In this document: in pieces, positions 51,480-57,375 of the stretch
Layout: each line of letters begins with the position of its first letter
Numbering within the stretch: position 1 is the stretch's first letter
Source of the DNA: Welwitschia mirabilis
Taxonomy: Eukaryota
Length of the DNA stretch: 57,375 bases
Assembly (NCBI GenBank): GCA_051453625.1
Contig: JBOZIK010000001.1
Location: 27,270,908-27,328,282, forward strand
Direction: 5' to 3'
Made by a program: the position numbers and the translations under genes
Notes under the pieces: generated by a model
Database searches by the model: none
Told to the model about the DNA's origin: nothing
What the model saw: only the letters and a program-made list of their open reading frames with translations

Positions 51480-52620
51480 AAACATATTATGAGAAAAAAA
51501 TTATGAATTTATGATTAAATATCCTAAGTTAGATAAAATTTATGAACTATTAAAGAAATCATATCATTAGCCTAACATATACAACAATGTATAACAAAAG
51601 GTGCAAAATTACTTTTCATGTTAAAGAGAAAAGTAAGGAGTAATAAATGTAGGATTGTTCTAGCAATTAGTAATCATAGAAAAGTAGGAATTGATTATGT
51701 ATTTCATGTTAGGATTACATTATTATTAGAGTGAATATGATTTCATCATGATGATGGTAAATAGATTTAGCAAGATGGCATGCTTTATTGCTTATACTAA
51801 ATAAAATCATGCTTCACACATTGCTAAATTAGTTTTAGAGAAATTATTTTTTTCATGGATTGTTGAGTAGAATAGTTTCAAATAAAAAAATCAAATTCAT
51901 TTCTCATTTCTAGGGGATTCTATTATATATGATGAATACTAAGTTATAGTATTCTTAGTATGTCATCTATAAATAGATGAATACATAAAAGTAGTAAATT
52001 TTAATATTAGGTTGTTGCTAGTATTTCTTTATGAAGGTTAGATAAAGAGTTGAAAATATTACCTATCAATTACAAAATTTTACTATATTAATTCAATGAA
52101 AAAGATTATAGAAAAATGATATATGGATATCATTCAAAAATAATGGATATGTTTCATATATCACTAGAATCTTTAACAATGATAAAGTACTATGCAAATA
52201 AAGTTATAGGACTACATGAGTTTCTCTGATAATCTTTATAATTATTAAATTTTAAGACTAAGGATGTAATAAACAAGAAAAAAAGATATTTAGAGTTTAA
52301 GAAAAGTGACATAGTAATGGCATAAATATGAAAGAAAAATATTTTATGAGGAACATATAATAAGCTTAAGTCTTATAAAATTGGTTCATGAAGAATTATG
52401 AAGAAGGTTTCATTAAATGCTTATTAATTAAATCTTCTAAAGAATGTTATTACCTTACTTTTGTTCAATTTTATAACTTAGTGATGTATAATGAAAAAGA
52501 TGTAGAGAATGAAGCTTAGAATATACACTTATAGAAGTTGAAAAAAGGAAAGTATAAGGTAGATGACAGATCAATGATTCTTGAAATTTATGAGAAGAAT
52601 ATATGAAGAAATGTGTATAT
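51480..52620 (+). pseudogene. Ty3/gypsy chromovirus (CRM-like) integrase remnant
   Basis: NVGLF, MYFMLGL, MVNRFSKMACFIAYTK*NHASHIAKL (cf. VVDRFSKMAHFIPCKKT.DA..IA.L), NKKKRYLEFKKSDIV and GTYNKLKSYKIGS*RIMKKVSLNAY*LNL. Confidence 0.8.
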
Positions 52621-52721
52621 GAATCACCTAGCTTAATTACCAAGATATTACCTGGAAGATAAATTTGAAATTTAAAGAAGAACTAGATAAGAATGGATTA
52701 CAAAGTCTAATAATGTAGGAA

Positions 52722-55700
52722 TACTGATTCACTAAAAATATATGGTTATTTGATGGGGTTTTATGAGCTATTTTATAGGACATTTTTATAGGTTTAGATG
52801 TTTCTAAGGGTTTTGAAGAAACAAGGAAGATCTCAGAACTATGCAGTTCTTAGCATAATTTAAGGCACATTCTGATGCATAGAGTTGTGAAGGAAGATTA
52901 ATGACAAAAAGGCTAGTTTATCCTCATTAAAATAAATAAAAAAGACCATTGTTCCCTATTTCATTCCCATGTTAGATAGGATGATGACACATTTGCATGT
53001 TAATGTGGATTGTGAAGACACTGTTGAGTCATTTGATATGTAATAAGTTGTCATGCCCTATGTATCTAGATGAAAGTCAGGATAATCATTATAACTAACT
53101 CTAATAATTGATCTTAACCATTTCATCCATTTCTCTTCTATAATGAAGCACATTTTAAAGTGCCTTCTACTGATGTTTTTTGATGTGTAATCCTATAAAT
53201 AAGACCCTCTTCAACTCTTCTCTTTATCTTTAATACACTAGAAATTCTCATGATAGGAAATCAAAGTTCAGAAGATTCATGGTTGAGCTATTTTGTAACC
53301 CTAATGTTTGGTTCCTATTAATATAAAACTCTGTTTTTATTTTGTGCATGTTAGTTTGGCATATGTTCCTTATAGTTTATGTTTCCCTTGATCTGGTGAT
53401 AATTTTTGAATGATATAGGTCTTAAGGGTAGCAATTTTTAACGCTAAAAGAAATTATTTTAAATTTATTTCACATTACATTTAGGTTAGGTTACATTTAC
53501 ATTTACATTACATCTTTATTTTCTCCATTATTATTCAAGTTCTGATTATTTTATTCTTTATGAAGATTAATCCTTATTCCCTTCTTATAAGTCTTAAATG
53601 AAATATGACATTCAGATTCACTTCCAACTATAGTAGCATGTTGTATTATGCAAGATATGTATTTATTCATAAATGATAAGAACTTTTTGAGTATAAATAT
53701 TTTTACAAATATAAATCACAACAAATTGGCACTATTTCTAGGGAAGGCTATTGAGGAGTATAAGGGTTGTTTAGTTATTTATCCATAGTGACATTGTATT
53801 TTTATTAGAAATCATAGGTTTTCTATTTATATATTTTTAATTTTATTTTTCAGTAGTAAAATAACTATCATCCCCTCTATCTTTCCCACAACAATTAGGA
53901 TGACATCCTATATTTTAATTTTTATTTTTGGTTTTTATTTTGGATTCCAAGTTTCTCTATAATAAAATCAATATTTATCATCTCCTTTATCATCTGGATG
54001 ACTAAAAGGATAACATCCTATGTGTTTTTCTAGTTTTTGACTTTTTTCTTTGTTAATTTTGTGTTTTTTTCTCTTTGCATCATTGTCCCCTTTATCATCT
54101 TTATGATAGTCAAGACAATAATCTATTATTTTTCATCTTATTTTTTATTGTTTTCTATTTGCAGAATGCTATGATATGGTTAACCTAGAAAAGAGATATT
54201 AGATAGAAAGGTCATTGATAGAGAAAAACATTAGAGAAGGATTAGTAAAATCCAAAAAAAAAAAAAATATATAAAAAGCAATATCTGGGTGCATACAATC
54301 CTTCTTCTAAATTTATTTTTTCTAAATCAGATCCATTAAAGAAAATAGTGTAGAAGGAGAAAACTAGTTTATAATATTAATTTCCATTTAAAACGAATTC
54401 CTAATACGAATTCAAACCTTATCTTGAGGGAACTACTAGCTAATAAGAAATAAGAGATTCAAACCCCTTTTTATTTACCCCTAGGAGATGCCTTTGAAAT
54501 AAAAAACCTACATACCTATCCAATCTTTAATAGAGAAAATGATGAGGATACCCTTTAACATATTGCAAATATAGAATAATTAATTCTTACCTTAATGAAT
54601 AGAAAGGAAAAAATTAGTAATACAACATACATGAAAATATTTTCCATGACATTAAAATTAAGGGATAAAAATTGGCTAAAAACTATATGCCACAAAAGTT
54701 TAAAATCTTGGGATTAAGTCCAGAAAACTTTTATTAAAAGATTAGTAAGTAAAGAAATCATTATAAAAAGGAAAAATAAAGTAACAAACTTTCAATAAAA
54801 ATTAAATGAGAATTATGCTTCCATATATGAATGTTTCTTTATAGCAACTCATTTTAGTCCAGTAGATGTTTTATTATAAGAGGAACTAGTTAACTACTTT
54901 TAGAGTAAACAAATCCTCATACAAAACAACTTGTAGACTTCTCTTGTGATGGAAACCTTATGAATCTCACATTATAAAATGCCTAGACAAAATTAAAAGA
55001 ACTTTTGGGGGTTAGTTAAACTTGGATAACATCAAAAAAAAACCATATTGTAGGCCAACTCATCAAAGATTTAAAGAGGTTAGACAAGAAAAGAAGGTGG
55101 ATTACAACCTTATAAATCTAATAAGAGACTTTACAATAACTATAAAGAAGTACACTTAAATGATTTTAGATGTTAAATCAACAATTGAGAAAAATGTTAT
55201 GTCAACTTGTAACTTATATGAGGATAATTATCACATTATCAAGGATTGTCCCCTTTTACCAATAAACAAAAAAAATACATGAAGAAGTTTGTGCTCTTAA
55301 TCAAATATTTTCAAACTTTAAAAATTAAAATCAGGCACAACCAATGTTGAATACACATTTTCAAAATAATTTTTAACCTTCTAAAAATTAATTTAAAAAT
55401 TTAAATTTCTAATCAAATCCATTTAACTTAACATCCAAATGATCCCTTCATAAACCTTATGGATGAATTTAAAAAATCACAAGAAAATACATACAAAAAA
55501 TTAGAAAAGCAAAATTTCTACATCAAAGACTTAGTGAATATCCTTGAACAAATAATATTGGTAGATAAAAGACCACAAGACTCATTAGCAACACAACCTT
55601 TACCAAACTCTAATGAAATACAAAAAGACTATAAGGTTGTGATAATAAGTGGATAAGAAATAAACTCTTATCCATGTAAAGCATTAATCTCCTAAAATAA

Positions 55701-56055
55701 TACTCAATATGATAAAGAAAATGAAGACATTGAAATATTATAAGATTATAACTTTCCTTCTCTTTGTACAAACAGAAAAAAAAAATCTTCACAAAAATAA
55801 CTAGCTATTCCTTGGCTTAATAAGCTTAATAACAATTCAAATTTTAATGACATCTCAAAGCCTTCATAAAAAATGTAAGCATAAACTTACCATTTTGAAA
55901 AATTTTACAACAAAATCCAAGGTATTCAAAACTTTGAAAAGACTTAACAAGAAGAAAACAAAAATAAGTCATTACTAGCAAAGTCTTTTTATCACAATCC
56001 CTCACAAATTTAGTGTTACAAAAATCTCTCAAATTCAAAGATTCAAGGGAAACAA
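52722..56055 (+). mobile_element. Second Athila-type element (5' LTR, PBS, gag-pro), interrupted at 56055
   Basis: LTR ~52722-53723 resembles the start of 16428 and ends ATCACAACA; PBS-Asp-like TGGCACTATTTCTAGGGAA at ~53727-53745; leader similar to 5700-6030. Confidence 0.75.
54480..56055 (+). pseudogene. Athila gag / pre-protease remnant
   Basis: AFEIK..YPIFNRENDEDT (cf. F.G...EDP), MKIFSMTL, SWD..F, INLPF*KILQQNPRYSK..KDL (cf. INIPF.EAL.QMP.YAKFLKDL) and KFKDS (cf. KLKDPG). Confidence 0.75.
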
Positions 56056-57375
56056 TGTTGCAGTGTGAATTTATGTAATCCTGAAGCTCTTTAGATAAAC
56101 TTATAAATCATATAACTTTCACAAAGACACATGCTAGTATAGACAAGAGTTCACCCAAATGTCATAATCCCAACAAAGGCACTAGGCTCAGAGTTAGAAA
56201 ATTGATTTCCAAGGGTAGTTCTAGTATTTTATCTTTTACTAACTAAAAGTAAATATCAAAGTAAATGCAATGTAAGATAAATGAAGATGTAATGCAAGTG
56301 AATGTAAATGGAAATGAGATCAGATCCTACTTTAGATCCTAATCCTTCTGTTACAAGGACTAGCATTCTAGCCTTTCTGTCATAAAGACTATGAAGTAGA
56401 ACATAGAATGTAATATTGAAATGAAAAGGGAAATGCAATGCAAACCTACTATTAACCAAGGTCAACCTTAACAAAGGTTGCCCTTATAATCTAAATAAAT
56501 CATAGAACTGTCACTTAACTATGATCAACTTAAAGCATAAGGGACATTCATAGAATTGGAATGAAAAGAGTATTTGTATTAATCAAAATAACATTACATC
56601 CACTTATAATAGAATAATAGCTCCTCAATGGAAGAGACACAGCCTAACACCAAGAAAACCACTTTCTGTAGCCATGGGATTGACCTCCTACCTTCAAGCT
56701 TCCGTCACAAGCATATCAAGTACCAAAGATCGTTGGAAGTGAAGAATGGAAGGGGTATTTATAGTTTTTACAATGAATCATAACCCTAGATGTCCGTTAA
56801 GGAAATCCTAGCCATCCACATGGTTCATTTGGTACTCGTTACAATGTAATCTACTATCACAGTGTAAAATCATCTGTTGTCCTGCCCATCGTCCAGATGA
56901 CAATGGAGACAACACTGCTTTCTTGACTTGGGTTGTGTGCCCATATGATACCATTGGCTTCCTGGGTTATCATCCTGTATGTCGTCCAGATGACACTAGG
57001 GACGACACATTGGATTATGTGCCCATGTGCTATCGTCCACTGAGTGGGTTGTCCTTGCATTCATCGTCCTTCCTGTCATTCAGACGACCAAGGGGATGAT
57101 GCCCTGCCATTATGTGCTGTTGTCCAAGTGTTGTACATGAGCCGTTCCTGTGTAGCTACTTTACTGATCTGTCGTCCCCCCTGTCGTGGGAACGACAGTG
57201 GGGACGACACTCTTCCCAAGCTCCTAAAGAAGCAAGAATTGGTCTACTTCACCTTTAGTCCTCCTTCATTATGCTAAGTATCAGAACATTCCTGAAATCC
57301 TCCAATTATATCAAGAATTACATGTTTTCATGATTATCTTATCCTCTCTCCATAATCAGCATAATTGCATCTAAA
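56056..57375 (-). mobile_element. LTR of the same Athila family as 4166-17769 (3' or solo LTR), younger copy, runs off the right edge
   Basis: Reverse complement of 16490-17769 (e.g. ACTAGGCTCAGAGTTAGAAAATTGATTTCCAA); boundary TGTTG at 56056; retains CpGs lost in the other copies. Confidence 0.85.

Noticed and set aside
56857-57277. GC-richer ORFs 56857-57060 and 57044-57277 as genes
   Set aside because: They lie within an Athila LTR; the higher GC reflects a less-decayed copy.

Overview
This is very AT-rich, gap-containing flowering-plant nuclear DNA made almost entirely of old, nested, heavily decayed LTR retrotransposons. I found no intact protein-coding gene, RNA gene or CRISPR array; the ORF track is mostly N-gap artefacts and TE fragments. 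LTR pairs, PBS/PPT motifs, target-site duplications (TSDs) and empty-site paralogues inside the window give this nesting order. A minus-strand Tekay-like chromovirus tandem (LTRs 31651-34317 and 44633-47393) was hit by a small non-autonomous LTR element (2980-31546, ~320-340 bp LTRs) that carries an in-frame CDPK/PERK-like chimeric kinase pseudogene (29354-30019). That element was hit by a Tekay-like element (~3509-29287), whose 5' LTR was hit by an Athila element (4166-17769), which holds a Sirevirus-like Copia (~9158-15432). Further right are another Tekay-like element (34519-~42056) containing a head-to-head TRIM dimer (38072-38876), an ~80-bp tandem array, a chromovirus integrase remnant, a second Athila (52722-56055) and a younger Athila LTR (56056-end). 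The two most unusual items are the LTR-captured chimeric kinase and the inverted TRIM dimer. All family calls come from reading motifs by eye and need confirmation by search.
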